From Botryllus schlosseri (lineage: Eukaryota): a DNA stretch of 64,000 nt. Position 1 is the first letter of the stretch; each line of letters starts with the position of its first letter. A program made the translations under genes and the position numbers. The notes under the pieces were generated by a model. It saw nothing but the letters and a program-made list of their open reading frames with translations. It had not been told where the DNA came from and did no database searches. The stretch spans positions 10,170,001-10,234,000 of the forward strand of contig CM119371.1 in the NCBI GenBank assembly GCA_051294905.1, in the 5' to 3' direction. Shown here in pieces: positions 36,825 through 49,002 of the stretch.

Positions 36825-38165
36825 CAGGGGTGTCAAACTCAACTTGCGTCGCGGGCCGGATTCAAACCTTCAGAGCACTCGCGGGCCGGACCAGTCAAAT
36901 GATTTTAAAATGACATCTCAAAATCCATTCCATTGTTTTTTACTTGAATACTCAATATCAAACCTATATAGTCTACATATTAATAATTATAATTACGCTA
37001 TATCATGTACCATAGGGTTCTATTCTATTAATGCTACTCAATGGAAGCAGAATCATTTCATACATTATACCTTTACTCAATAAAGACTACAAGTTGCGGC
37101 TTGCTACGAGAGGTCGATTAGTGTTATACTTAATCGACGGTGACAAATCTCGCAACATGCGAAGCTGTCAGGAATAGACAAAAGGAGAACCTTACACTGT
37201 GTTACCGTGATAGGCCGGTGCTATTTAGTACTATCATTACTACGTTTTCACTCTACAGGGGTGTCAAACTCAACTTGCGTCGCTGGCCGGATTCAAACCT
37301 TCAGAGCACTCGCGGGCCAGTCAAATGATTTTAAAATGACATCTCAAAATCCATTCCATTGTTTTTTACTTGAATACTCAATATCAAACCTATATAGTCT
37401 ACATATTAATAATTATAATTACGCTATATATTGTACCAAAGGGTTCTATTCTATTAACACCTTTATTCGAAAACAATGAAATTGGCAAAATTACGATGAT
37501 TGGCCGGTTGAAGAATTATATGAACTGCTAAAATAGCGGTTCTGCCGACAATATATGTTGGCATATTGCTATATGATTACTTTGTTATAGTCGTAATCTG
37601 ACAATATTGTTCTGTATATGCATTGGGAGGAATACAAGCGATTTAACCGTAAACTTAGGCGTTGAAATTCCGTTCATTATTTTTATATCGCGACTCGGTT
37701 TCTCTCGAGGCCGACGGGCTGTTAAGTCATAAGCACAAAATTATATTTTTGTGTCATGATTATATTCTCGATGTAACCTGCATAGACCGATTTCTGACTG
37801 ACGTTTTCACTGCTGCAAATAACTATTTTGTTGTCGATTTCCCCATAAAACACTGAACTTAACTCACTGTGCATTTTTTGTCCTCTCAGAACTGGGTGTC
37901 AATGGGAACGACTTGTTGCTGATGGTGACTACAGTGTAACCACAACACCAATGTCACGTGGTTATAATATAGCCTATGGAACATAGTCAACATTTTCTGT
38001 TTTGAGGGATTATATTAATGAAAGTACTTCGTACTAAAAATCTTGTTGACATTGTTTCGAAATATGCTGGGTATTACAGCCATTTTTTCAGAATCGCGTC
38101 GCGGGCCGAATGAAACCGTCTGGCGGGCCGGATGCGGCCTGCGGGCCGGATGTTTGACACCCCTG
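36825..38165. mobile_element. hAT Charlie/Buster-type MITE with an internally duplicated left end
   Basis: caggggtgtcaaac..gtttgacacccctg; perfect TSD gcctacac; gcgggccgg subterminal motifs. The first ~200 bp repeat at 37256-37457. Confidence 0.9.
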
Positions 38166-39018
38166 GCCTACACTGTTATTCTGCCTAATATGTTATACGC
38201 AGAAGTGACATATGTATAACTTTCATACTTTGTAGATGATGCTGTTCCTTCAAAGAAAAAACGTAATCCAAGTATTCAGACACAAGGCATTCCTATACCA
38301 ACTCCAAGAGTGCGGTGACCTCCTGATTCTGGCGATGAAAGTGTGACAAGCAAGAGTGCTCTTGTTAATGATGCTTCGAATGCAAGTTTGCCATCATCAA
38401 ATGAGGAGAGTGTTCAAGAACAGCATGATCCCAACATTGAATGTAGCGGCCAGTTGCAGGGAATCAACCAATGCAGTAAGCTCCTAACACTTTGATTCAT
38501 TCTCGAATTTAGGCAATAGAGTCGCTCTATTTTCCAGACGATCCTTCATTTGTAAGCAATGTTGAACTGCAAAATTCTGACTGTCAACAACAAGGCCTAT
38601 CACAAAGTAATGGTAAGTTTATCGCATATGATCAATCCAGTTTTCTTGAATTCAAATAATTTTTTAGCTCCTCCATGTTCTTCATCAACTCCAACATCTG
38701 CACACAGTGACCACTCTATATATTTCTCTGATGCGTAAAGACATCAAAGACACCAAGTTGCAGATGAACCAGATGATGGACCTCAGCTCCAAGCAGATGA
38801 ACCAGATGATGGATCTAATTAAAGGTCACATCATCAACGACTCAAAAAATAAACACAGTACAACAGCCCCAATCTTGCTTGAAGATCTTATTGAAAACCC
38901 CTGTCAAACCGTATCTCAGCTTGAACAACTGGAAAAGAACTTGACTGACGGCGATTGCAAGAAATCTGAACTGGTATGATTTTGTCGATTAGAGCAAACT
39001 TAGCCGGAGTATCTAACC

Positions 39019-39694
39019 CAGGGGCAGGCAGCATACGGCTCGCGAAGTGATTTTGTCCGGCCCGCCGGCAGTTTTCTGTCCTACATGATAATGCCCCGCC
39101 CCAGTTTGCCGAGATTCCCCACTAATTCCTTACTACGTCAAATTTTAGTGACTATGTTATTATATTATACGTGTATGCGCAGCGTTGCGAGAGTGGAGCT
39201 TACGCGTAAGTTCGTTGAAGCGAGAAGACTTGCATTATCGGCATTGACGATGCAATCAAACCTAATGTGGTCTGTGGTAATCATGATTTTTGTCGACTAC
39301 AATGGTCAGCAGGCTGATATTTCCTATTTTTGATTCCGTAACCGCCGACTTGTAGCACGGCACACTTCTAGGTTTTTGTAAGGCACCGCTTATGCCAGGG
39401 GCGCCAACTCAAAATGGGTTGCAGGCCACTTTTCGAATTTGGTAGAGGACGCAGGTCGCATGAATTCAGTATCGAGATTGCCTACATGACAATGTTATTC
39501 TCAATTCCACATTGTATTCGCCATTATCGGCGAGAAATGGCTTTGAAGTGACATTGCTGTCGTTAAAATACATTCATTAAATACGATATATTCCTTGTGG
39601 ATAAATGGACGAATAGCATCGATTCAGCAATCCGGTGCCCAAGTATTTAATTTTCCTATATCCGGCCTGCCGACTGGAGAAGTTGCCCACCCTG
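39019..39694. mobile_element. hAT Charlie/Buster-type MITE containing a SINE fragment
   Basis: caggggcaggcagc..gttgcccaccctg; perfect TSD atctaacc. Confidence 0.75.
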
Positions 39695-42179
39695 ATCTAA
39701 CCTCTCGTCAAGATCAACGTTCCATCAAGTTATTTGATGTTCATGCAGGCGCGTAGCCAGAGGGGGGTTTGGGGGTATAATCGTCATTTATGCATGTACT
39801 TTACCATGATGAATTGATGCTATATTAGTGAATTCGAAAAATATCGAAACCCTACTTATTTTTTGAGCTGATCTAGTTATTTTTCATTCTGGTACACACC
39901 ACTATCGTAAGGCAGAGCCATTTGTATTTTGTACTACAGGTATCTGCTTTGAAAGGACATCACGGTGAACAATTGGCTTCAACGGTCAGAAATATCATGA
40001 CAAGCATAGCTGTAAAAGATGTGTGGCAATTGTTCAGCCTAAAAGGTCAAAGAAGCAAAAATGGACAAAAAAGAAGTTTTCAAAATTTTAATATTTACAA
40101 GACTATTACACGTAAGTTGTTACTGATATTACAATCGAGATTACAAAACCCTCGATAACAATGCCTTCGAGAGCATTTTTACTGAGTTAAAGTATTTTGC
40201 TTTCCCTTCTTGTGAAAGATCATCGCAGCTAAATTGCAAATAGTTGCTGACCACACCGCCTTATAAGCCCTCGTTTGAAGTCATCTTCTACTGACATTGC
40301 TGACATGGCAAAATCACAAACAAGTGCGTTGATTGCGCAACTCGGTGTTGAGTCTGGAATGTTTTGAAATACCAATTTTGACACTATGGGGTGATCACAT
40401 TCGAGAGAGATTGTTACCGCTGGCGGAGATTCCGATTTGCCGCATTGTTTTGTAATGCAGCCCCTGATCTACTTATATTATCTTTGAAGGAGCATGTAAA
40501 GTGGCTAATCCTACGGCCGAGAGTACAACAATTACAACCAAAGTGGGACGATTTCTAACTGTTATTGGAGCTTGCAAGGTAATTTTGTTTATGAATCTGA
40601 CGTCTGTGTGACAGCTGCGTTCTTTATCATATCATTTGACAGTAAGTGAATCGTTGCTACCTCCAGGGCCGCTACCATTCATCTTCAGAACACTATACCA
40701 GTGGTTCCCAAACTTTGACGTGATGTAATTTAAAAAAAATTTAGAGTCATTTAATTTTGTCAAAATTGTTGGTCTTGCTTGCATAAATGTTTGATCATCT
40801 AGTTACACTTGCTCAGATTTAGCGGTGGAACCAATGTCTCCTAAACTTTTTTGCCAATAATCCGTCACTCATTTCAAACTCCTTTCAATTCACATTTCTA
40901 CACGGGAAGCAAGTTCATCCTCAACTGGTCGCATTCGTACCGCGTGGGGGGCTCAGATTGCTATTGCCTGACCCATGTTCCCTCAAAGCTGCACTGCGCA
41001 CGTGTGCAATTGCACAGTGCTTAGTTGGTCTCTGCGCACAGAAAAAATCTGAAGTGATGTCATTTTTTTTAGTCGTTATGTACTACTGTGAGTTGGTGAG
41101 TGTGTGCAGAGTCGTCAAAAATTAGAGGGAGCATTGGGTCGGCTATTTCGGTGGCGAACAAGATGCATGGCAAATATGGCTGAATTCCAACGTGTAGATG
41201 TCAAATCATTGAGATACAAAATTAGGGATTTGAAACTTCGCTGGTATATATATTAGGTACATTTTACAGCTAGCTATAGTATCCCGGTCACCAAAGAAAT
41301 GTTTGAAGCTGGCCCAGAACGATAACGATGAGTTATACGATCGTCCAGGGCCATCACACTTCAAACACCCAATTAGAGGAGCTCGACTGAACCCAAAATT
41401 ACTTGGTTTGTCGTTTGTTGAAGTAGATTTTTGTCGTGCTTTGCGCGATTTTTTGTCCCTGTTGGTCTACATTTAAATATGATTAGTAAGATGAAAAGGT
41501 GCTTATAATAGAGAAATATGCAAATTGGTGGTGGCGATTACCACACATTGAAAAGGACTACGACTCTACTCTGTGGTTAGAGATGGGTCTCAAGAACATT
41601 TTCAAACCCGAAAATGGGCCACGGCCAAAAGATGGCTGGGAACCCCTGGTTTATTAGCTTCTATATGTTGGAATTAAGCCAAATTTGGCGCGCAGAGTTA
41701 AATCGACAATTTCGTCGAAGTAGATGGTAAAGTTTGACTTGGCTGTCACACTCCACCAAGTTCGTATTGACTTCCTAAAGACGGTTCGGAATCCTTGGAT
41801 GAATGTGACTTGACATGACCGTCCCACATTACTCACAAACAAACACATATAATGACCATTGCTCTACTGCTAATCAATCAAAGTAATCAATTCATTTATG
41901 TTATAGGACGACGATAAAGGAAAAAACAGGAGCAAGACTGTTATCGAGGAGGCAGAAGTATTGGCTGAAGTGATTGCACAGTTCTGTATCAAGGCCCAAT
42001 TCTTGCTAACATATTTTCTTCATCCATGTTTTTTTTCGTGTTTTGAACTGGTACAATACAGAACAAAAAGCCATACATGATTTGTAAAACTGAGGATTCG
42101 TATTCGTTCATGTGTGAAGTGCAGCATATAGCAGGTTTAGCCAACCAGGGTTCAGGGTCACACAGGGTCGAATTGTACA

Positions 42180-42400
42180 AAAAATATCTTAATAGGATAT
42201 CGTTGAGGATGTTTATCAGGATATCTTTGAGGATCTCCATCAGGATATCTTTGAGGATGTTTATCAGGATGTCTATCAGGATATCTTTGAGGATGTCCTA
42301 CAGGACATCTTATATATATCCATTTCTGTCGACAAATGTATATATTTTGCACTTCATTGAAGGACATCTTTTGAACTCATGGAAGATGTTTAAAAAATAT
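42180..42400 (+). repeat. 12-bp-period aggatatctttg/aggatgtttatc array (right subterminal repeats)
   Basis: Repeated aggat(a/g)t(c/t) units immediately inside the gtgtttgctggg terminus. Confidence 0.85.
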
Positions 42401-42825
42401 CTTTAATAAGTTTTGTGTTTGCTGGGACACGCCAAGGTGGCTTAGATACCGCGTTCAACGGAATATCTTCAGTCAGATTTATGTCAAAATCGGGCTTGGT
42501 GTATTCTATTTCTGTCGTGTACGACATATTTCCTTCAGAACATCGAATGACAATGACCAGTATAAAAAGTACGATCTCTGCGTGATTGCTGGAGCGTGAT
42601 GTGTTTGTGGAAGTTTCATTACGGTGGCGTTCTGAAGAAAACGGCTGCGGCCATTTTTTTTCGTTTTGCCCTTCAATTTGAGATCACATAATTTTTAGAG
42701 TGCAGTGCCCCTTTAAAGTGAAACTTTCCTGGAAATAAACCGCATGCTATTACTAAGTCCAAGTTGGCGTAATTATTTCAGATAATGGAAGGGTTTGATC
42801 ACTGAGTTTTTAATGACATGTTAGC

Positions 42826-42944
42826 TAGGCTTACCATATTTCGGAAATGAAAAAAGAGGACACTTTTTCAGAAATTTCAGTCAAGCATAACTGGAGAAGA
42901 ATTCTCAAAAACAGGTAAATTTCACCCGCTTCATGATCGGATGA

Positions 42945-42979
<35 letters not shown>

Positions 42980-43298
42980 TCATCACTTTCACTCAGAGCT
43001 CAAAAACACGGTTTTCACTCCACATTACCAGGTGGATGACTAAAAAAAAAAAAAAAAAAAAGTCTTCTTTTCGCTCAGAGCTGCAATCACCACTTTTCCC
43101 TCCGAAATACCCGCCGGAGCTTCACTTCTGCGCTAATTTGCGGCATATCACTCGCAATTTCCTCTAAATCTGACCAAAATTTTCAAAAAAGAGGACAAAA
43201 TCTCAAAAAAGAGGACAAAAGGGCGTCCTCCGAGGACACTTTCAAAAAAGTCAAAAAAGAGGACAAATCCTCTTAAAAGAGGACGTATGGTAAGCCTA
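42826..43298. mobile_element. hAT-type MITE (TIR TAGGCTTACCATA, GAGGACA repeats)
   Basis: taggcttaccata..tatggtaagccta; perfect TSD atgttagc; contains two poly-A tracts in a short internal duplication. Confidence 0.88.
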
Positions 43299-44291
43299 AT
43301 GTTAGCATTATTTCAATCAATATTCAATGCAATCTTGTGAGCAGACAACACTGATCAACACAGCCATGGGGCTATTTAGACCAAAATCTCCAATTTTCGC
43401 TGTAATGGCTAGATAGGAAGGCGGCTCAGTCGTACTATAAAGTTTAGAAATTCAATCTACTTGTTATTTTCACAGGGGCACACAGAAGACTCTTTTAAAT
43501 CAAAATACAGCAACAGCACTATATTTAGGGTATCAGATTTATCATAGTTATGGACTTTCACGGATATCGTGTACATAAATAAACTCCAGTCATGTACAGA
43601 AGTATTTACCTGGATACTCAAATAGAGTGGCATTGATTCAATCAGTTTTACGTCCACCATCTATTGTAAATTTGAAATAATCAGTTAGAATATTTTATTA
43701 ATAATTTGTTTTAAAGCACAATTTATTTTGTACGATTTACGCATCTAAGCAATTTAGTGCAGTTTCTCGAAAGGTTCCAGCAATGGTCTGCCATAATATG
43801 TTCATCCCTATCTGTCCCAATATCTTTCTTTTGTTGTTTTGATTTCTTGGGGGATCTTCTCTCCTTACTAATCAACAATATCATCAGGAAAGATGCCAAG
43901 ATGACCGAACAGGAAGTGAACTTTTATGCTCATGTTTGTTCCTAGTTTTCTATATGCAGAAAGGAATTTTCGGACCAGCTATTTATTGCTGGGTGCTTTG
44001 CGATCATCTAAAAAGTTTTATTTACTAGACCTTAGGATATATTCCATGCAAGGAACTCCTTCCTAATATGAAATTGGAATCTTTCATCCGTATTCGAATC
44101 TGAAATCTATCAAATATAGCAGATTTAAGCTTCTCGTTTGATAGGGTTGCAAAAGGTATACCCATTTTGTTGACTCGGCGAAAATTATCTATTTACAAGT
44201 AAAAGGAAATGAGACAAATATGAGTATTTTAGTTAAGCTTTTCAAGGACAAATTTTATAGCTTGATACTCCTCTTTATTCTTGGTAGAATG

Positions 44292-44862
44292 CAGGGTTGT
44301 AATGAATCGAGTTATGACGATTTTGCGATGACTCGACTTGACTCGAGTCATTTTCTCGAAATGCAGTAATGACTCGACTCGACTCGAGTCAATCTGTGTA
44401 TTGACTCGACTTGGACTCGAGTCATTGCGCATGACTCGAACCAAGTCATATGACTGGAGACACAAACGACCAAGACAGATATTCATCATGATTTCGAATA
44501 ATAGTGAAGCAATCACCCTATTGGGACTTCGTGTCTTGGTACTAGTACTTGAAAATGCGTTCAGAAAGTCTTGGAATTGAGGAAAATTAGTATATTATAA
44601 ATACCAACCATTCAATATCACCAAACAGAGTTATAAAAAGTGAGTTAAACAAGATTTTAACTGGAAGCTGAGCAGTCAACACATTTACTCTGACTCGGAC
44701 TCGAGTCATAATACCATGACTCGGATTCGACCCTCAGCTCGATGACTCGGACTCGGACTTGACTCGGTGGTGAGTGGAAAATGACTGGGCTTGATTCGAG
44801 TCAAAACTATTAAAGTGAGATGGACTTGTGACTCGGAGCCTTGTGACTTGGTTACAACCCTG
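44292..44862. mobile_element. hAT-type MITE, GACTCGAGTC family B (TIR CAGGGTTGTAA)
   Basis: cagggttgtaa..ttacaaccctg; perfect TSD gtagaatg; inverted homolog of 53076-53644. Confidence 0.9.
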
Positions 44863-47604
44863 GTAGAATGACTAATTGATACAGGAGAATATGTATTACC
44901 GTTGTGCAAAAGAACAATTTTTAGGCTTGACAAACTGCTTTTTTGAGAAACAAATATTCCGCACCAGGTCATGTTAATATTGATAGAATGACTGAGAATG
45001 ACATGGGGGCTCTTCATCGTCAATTAGCCTATCCATTTATGCGCAGTATAAAATTATAGAAAACTATAATTGTTTCCCATCAAATAAAATATTCAAGGGC
45101 TTTTAGGGGTATAAATATTTTCTGAACAGGCAATCAGGCAAAATGTGATATTCGTAATCAGCAACCTCGAAAACCACAGAAACGGCTCTTTCATTTTTTA
45201 CATTTTGTTAACCAGTGTAATTATTATCGGAGTTTTTCGGACCGGATCAAGGTCATATCTAGGATACGGCCTTGTAGTCGTACCGGAGTCAGACCAGAGC
45301 TTTAAAAACAGGATTGGAGAAGGACCAGAGAATATGTCGATCCACTCCGGGAGTGGCTGAACTTTACTAGTTACTGCACCTTACTTTTCGTGAGCAGTTA
45401 GTATCAAATTCAGGATCCTCCTAATATCAATATCAATTATTCACATGCTGTATATAGGCGAGTGCCATGCATCAGAACAAGAGTCGTGAGACACGTTACA
45501 AATCTATTGGAGGAGTACAACCTCAAATATCCGATTTCCATAAATATTATATTACGACCGATCTGAGAATACTTTTTAGACTCGATTGCACAAAACCGAA
45601 AAATATTTCTCGCTTAGCGCGGTCATTTTAGGCATAAGAGATCCGCGCAACTCGTACGCGAAATATCAAGCGGTATAAACGTATCCAATAGTCAATCACT
45701 GAATAATCTGGTATTCTTGGCAAACGGCGTATGAAGGACACTGACGATTTTTATGCTGTAGATTGTACATCTTAGGTGGTACGGGAACGCTGTATAAAAC
45801 ATTAAAAAATGGAACACGGGTAACCAAAGTTTGGGCAGCACTATATCTAAGGTTGCACTTAAAACAAAAATGAATTCATGGGCCTTGTTTGGAAGATTTT
45901 TTTATTGATTCACGAAACCTTAATTATGGCGTCACAGTGCACTGACATTGCCAATTGAAACTGTAGGGTAAATATGGGGTAAATATCACACCTTACCGGG
46001 GTATGTACCGATGTGGTGACCATGTATGGCTCCACCTACGCATTTTTCTATACCACCTTCCAGACTAACCAACACGCAAAATGGCGAATAGATGCAATTT
46101 TTGAAAGATATTCCGTTACCGTGATACAGGTGTTTCGTTCAGTTTTTATGACAATTTCACTGGTAAAAGTGATACAGACTTATCTTAAACTACGCTATAC
46201 TTTGCACAATACAAGGTTTGTCATGTAAATAGCGTCGCTGGAAAAACTGTTAAGTAGAAGTAATGCAGAGACGTAGCCAGTAAAGTAAGTCGGATTGAGA
46301 ACGTCGAAAAGTAGAAGTAGGCTACTTTGCTACTGTCCAACTTCGAACTCGTAGGGGTGGCTGTTGGAATAAGATTAAGGAAGAGTAATTTGTTGAGACA
46401 AGCCTCCATTCACCCATGATGTCTAGTCTATGCGGCCGTCGGTAAGTGCCAATGGTCGACAACTAGTGACATATTCCTCATATATTCTGTGCTTTTTGCG
46501 TTGTCTGATAGAGAAGCATTTCTTCAACCGATGAGACCAAAACACGTATAAATATGCATTACGAATTACTGACTTGTAAATGATCTAGCAAGGGTTGGAG
46601 ATGGAATCTGAATTTCGAAGGAGGTGGGTTTGAGTTTGAAACGGGACGGCTTCTGACCCGCAAGACCCTGGCAACGTTACTGTTAGTAGTGATGGCTGGA
46701 AGAAAATCACACCACAGAACACAAGTATCACGTTTCATGACAAACGACGATACGTCATGTTCTCTAGTTGTTGCTCTACAACAATATTTCAAGTAAAATG
46801 CGCAAATAGAACTAGAACTGCTTTCCAAACTATGCAACCAGAACTAGTCAAAACCACTTGTTAGTTTACCGTGACATAACTAGATCTAAAATTTGTACAA
46901 GTCTGCTGTGGCCAATTTTTGACTCATACACTGAAAACGACTGTACTGTAGTTTGTCAGCATAAATCAGATACAACTGTCCCGCGTTAGTTCTTGCTCTG
47001 ACAGTTTCAACGAATGTATAACGACATTTGCATCTTTCACACGTATTCATCGAATAAGTGACCGCCATATGTTGTACGAGTCTTAAAAATTTGCACCGAC
47101 GGTACGCAATATTATGTAGCATAATAGTGACAGGCTTGTAGTAAAATAAGAACAATGTTCACGACTAGCAGTGAGATCTGCATAACAAGGTTCCGCTATA
47201 CCAATGCCTCTCGACGGATTTAAGCAGTGCCCGTTTATTTGAGAGAATGTAGTAGTTCATTTCGACGCCTTCCCATCTTACGATTCTATCACAAACTTCT
47301 GCAGTTCTGAAATGATCAATTAACGGAACAGCACATTTCAAACGAAATGAAACTCGATGTAATTCCTGTAAATGTTTTGGCAGGAATGATACAAGCATGG
47401 TTAACGATCCCAGTCTTGATGTTTGAGGTCGGTTTTTCGAGTAAATGATTTCTCTCGGATGTCGCATTCATGATTATAGTTGCCAGCATGTATATCCATA
47501 TGGCACTTGAGATCCCCTTCCCAGTAAATTTTTTCCCAAATATGTCACATTTACGAGTTTTAACGCCGGCATGTGTGTCCATATGACGCGTGAGGCTAGT
47601 CTTC

Positions 47605-49002
47605 TCAGTCAATGCTTTTCCAAACAGCACATTCATGATTTTTGAGGCCAGCATGCATATCCATATGAAGCTTTAAGCTACCTTTCCCAATGAATGCTTT
47701 CCCACAGATAGCACATTTATGATTTTTGATTCCAGCATGCATATACATATGATAGTTCAGGTGATTCTTTCGTGTAAATGTTTTACCACATACATCACAG
47801 TTATAATTCCTAATACCAGCATGTATATCCATATGTACGATGAGGCCTCCCTTTTTAGTAAATGCTTTCCCACATACATCACATTCATGATTTTTGTTTC
47901 CAGCATGCATATCCATATGACACTTCAGGTTACCCTCTTGTGAAAATGTTTTACCACATACATCACAGGTATGATTTTTAACGCCAGCATGGATATCTAA
48001 ATGACGCATGAGACTTCTCTTCTCTGTGAATGCACTCCCACATACGTCACAGGTATGATTTCTGACGCCAATATGGATATCCATATGAAGCTTGAGGTTA
48101 TCTTTCTTAGTAAATGCTTTCCCACATACATCACAGGTGTGATTCTTAATGCCAGCATGGATATCCATATGAAACTTGAGGTGTCCCTTTTGAGAAAATG
48201 CTCTCCCACATACATGACAGGTATGATTTTTGACGCCAGCATGGATATCCATATGACGTTTGAGGCTTCCCGTCATTGTAAATGCTTCACCACATATATC
48301 ACAGTTATGATTCTTAACGCCAGTATGGATAACCATATGAAGCTTGAGGTTTCCCTTTCGAGTAAATGCTCTCCCACATACATGACATGTATGATTTTTG
48401 ACGCCAGCATGGATATGCATATGACGTTTGAGGCTACACGTCATTGTAAATGCTTTACCACATATATCACAGTTATTATTCTTATCGCCAGTATGGATAA
48501 CCATATGAAGCTTGAGGTTGCCCTTCCGTGTAAATGCTTTACCACATACATCACAGTTATGATTCTTAATGCCAGCATGTGTATCCATATGACATTTGAG
48601 GCTACTCGTCATTGTAAATGCTTTGCCACATATATCACAGTTATGATTCTTAACACCAGTATGGATAACCATATGAAGCTTGAGGTGACCTTTCTGTGTA
48701 AATGCTTTACCACATACATCACAGCTATGATTCCTAAGGTCAGCATGTATATCCATCTGTAGCATGAGGTGTTTCTTCTCAGTAAATGCTTTCCCACACA
48801 CATCACAGTCATAATTTTTGAAGCGAGCATGGATATCCATATGGCGCGCGAGGGTGCCCTTCCGTGTAAATGCTTTACCACATATAGAACAGTTATGATT
48901 CTTAACGCCAGTATGGATAACCATATGAAGCTTCAGGCTACCCTTCTTTGTGAAAGTTTTCCCACATAAATCACAGTGGTGATTTCTGCTAACAGCTTGC
49001 AT
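47605..49002 (-). CDS. Tandem C2H2 zinc-finger protein (16 in-frame fingers), possibly a recent pseudogene
   Basis: 28-aa repeats CxxCGKAFxxxxxLxxHMxxH with linker AG(V/I)KNHx. Finger 3 has H->Q. A frameshift at ~47620 leads into 2-3 degenerate fingers (to ~47440). A degenerate finger with an in-frame stop lies just upstream of the ATG. Confidence 0.88.
   Translation of the reverse strand: MQAVSRNHHCDLCGKTFTKKGSLKLHMVIHTGVKNHNCSICGKAFTRKGTLARHMDIHARFKNYDCDVCGKAFTEKKHLMLQMDIHADLRNHSCDVCGKAFTQKGHLKLHMVIHTGVKNHNCDICGKAFTMTSSLKCHMDTHAGIKNHNCDVCGKAFTRKGNLKLHMVIHTGDKNNNCDICGKAFTMTCSLKRHMHIHAGVKNHTCHVCGRAFTRKGNLKLHMVIHTGVKNHNCDICGEAFTMTGSLKRHMDIHAGVKNHTCHVCGRAFSQKGHLKFHMDIHAGIKNHTCDVCGKAFTKKDNLKLHMDIHIGVRNHTCDVCGSAFTEKRSLMRHLDIHAGVKNHTCDVCGKTFSQEGNLKCHMDMHAGNKNHECDVCGKAFTKKGGLIVHMDIHAGIRNYNCDVCGKTFTRKNHLNYHMYMHAGIKNHKCAICGKAFIGKGSLKLHMDMHAGLKNHECAVWKSID

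Larger units (their letters stand above)
36016..40578 (+). pseudogene. Spliced DUF4806/BEN-like transposon accessory gene (7 exons; a possible further exon from ~41907)
   Basis: GT-AG exons ~36016-36057, 36663-36811, 38236-38475, 38538-38612, 38708-38973, 39940-40111 and 40490-40578 join in compatible phases. Product: NWTLYKIRIKCSSDLWVKAFRDMRAVADNSSLPS..PCQTVSQLEQLEKNL..LVSALKGHHGEQLASTVRNIMTSIAVKDVWQLFSLKGQRSKNGQKRSFQNFNIYKTITRAC. One poly-T frameshift (~36780) and one TGA (~38317). Confidence 0.7.
28497..42426 (+). mobile_element. Putative large non-autonomous CMC/EnSpm-like DNA transposon with nested insertions
   Basis: Termini ctcagcaaacac..gtgtttgctggg (11/12 inverted match), flanked by the dinucleotide AC on both sides. 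Subterminal repeat arrays at both ends share caggatatcttt and ga(t/c)(g/a)tcttttgaac. Contains a spliced DUF4806-like gene. Confidence 0.65.

Noticed and set aside
42077..42406. ORFs with RISL/QRYPD repeats
   Set aside because: Translations of the 12-bp subterminal repeat array.
27470..42590. After removing the MITE and the large element, the minus strand reads IVLFILVIVIRCSEG..PPWRVLQPRILGQTR followed by gtaagg, resembling a signal peptide plus a serine-protease activation site
   Set aside because: The hydrophobic part (~42520-42590) aligns with the spacer and arm of the TTAA fold-back MITE, and no protease exons were found. Probably coincidence.
48001..48762. 253-aa plus-strand ORF and other short ORFs overlapping the zinc-finger array
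   Set aside because: Antisense shadows of the 84-bp finger repeat.
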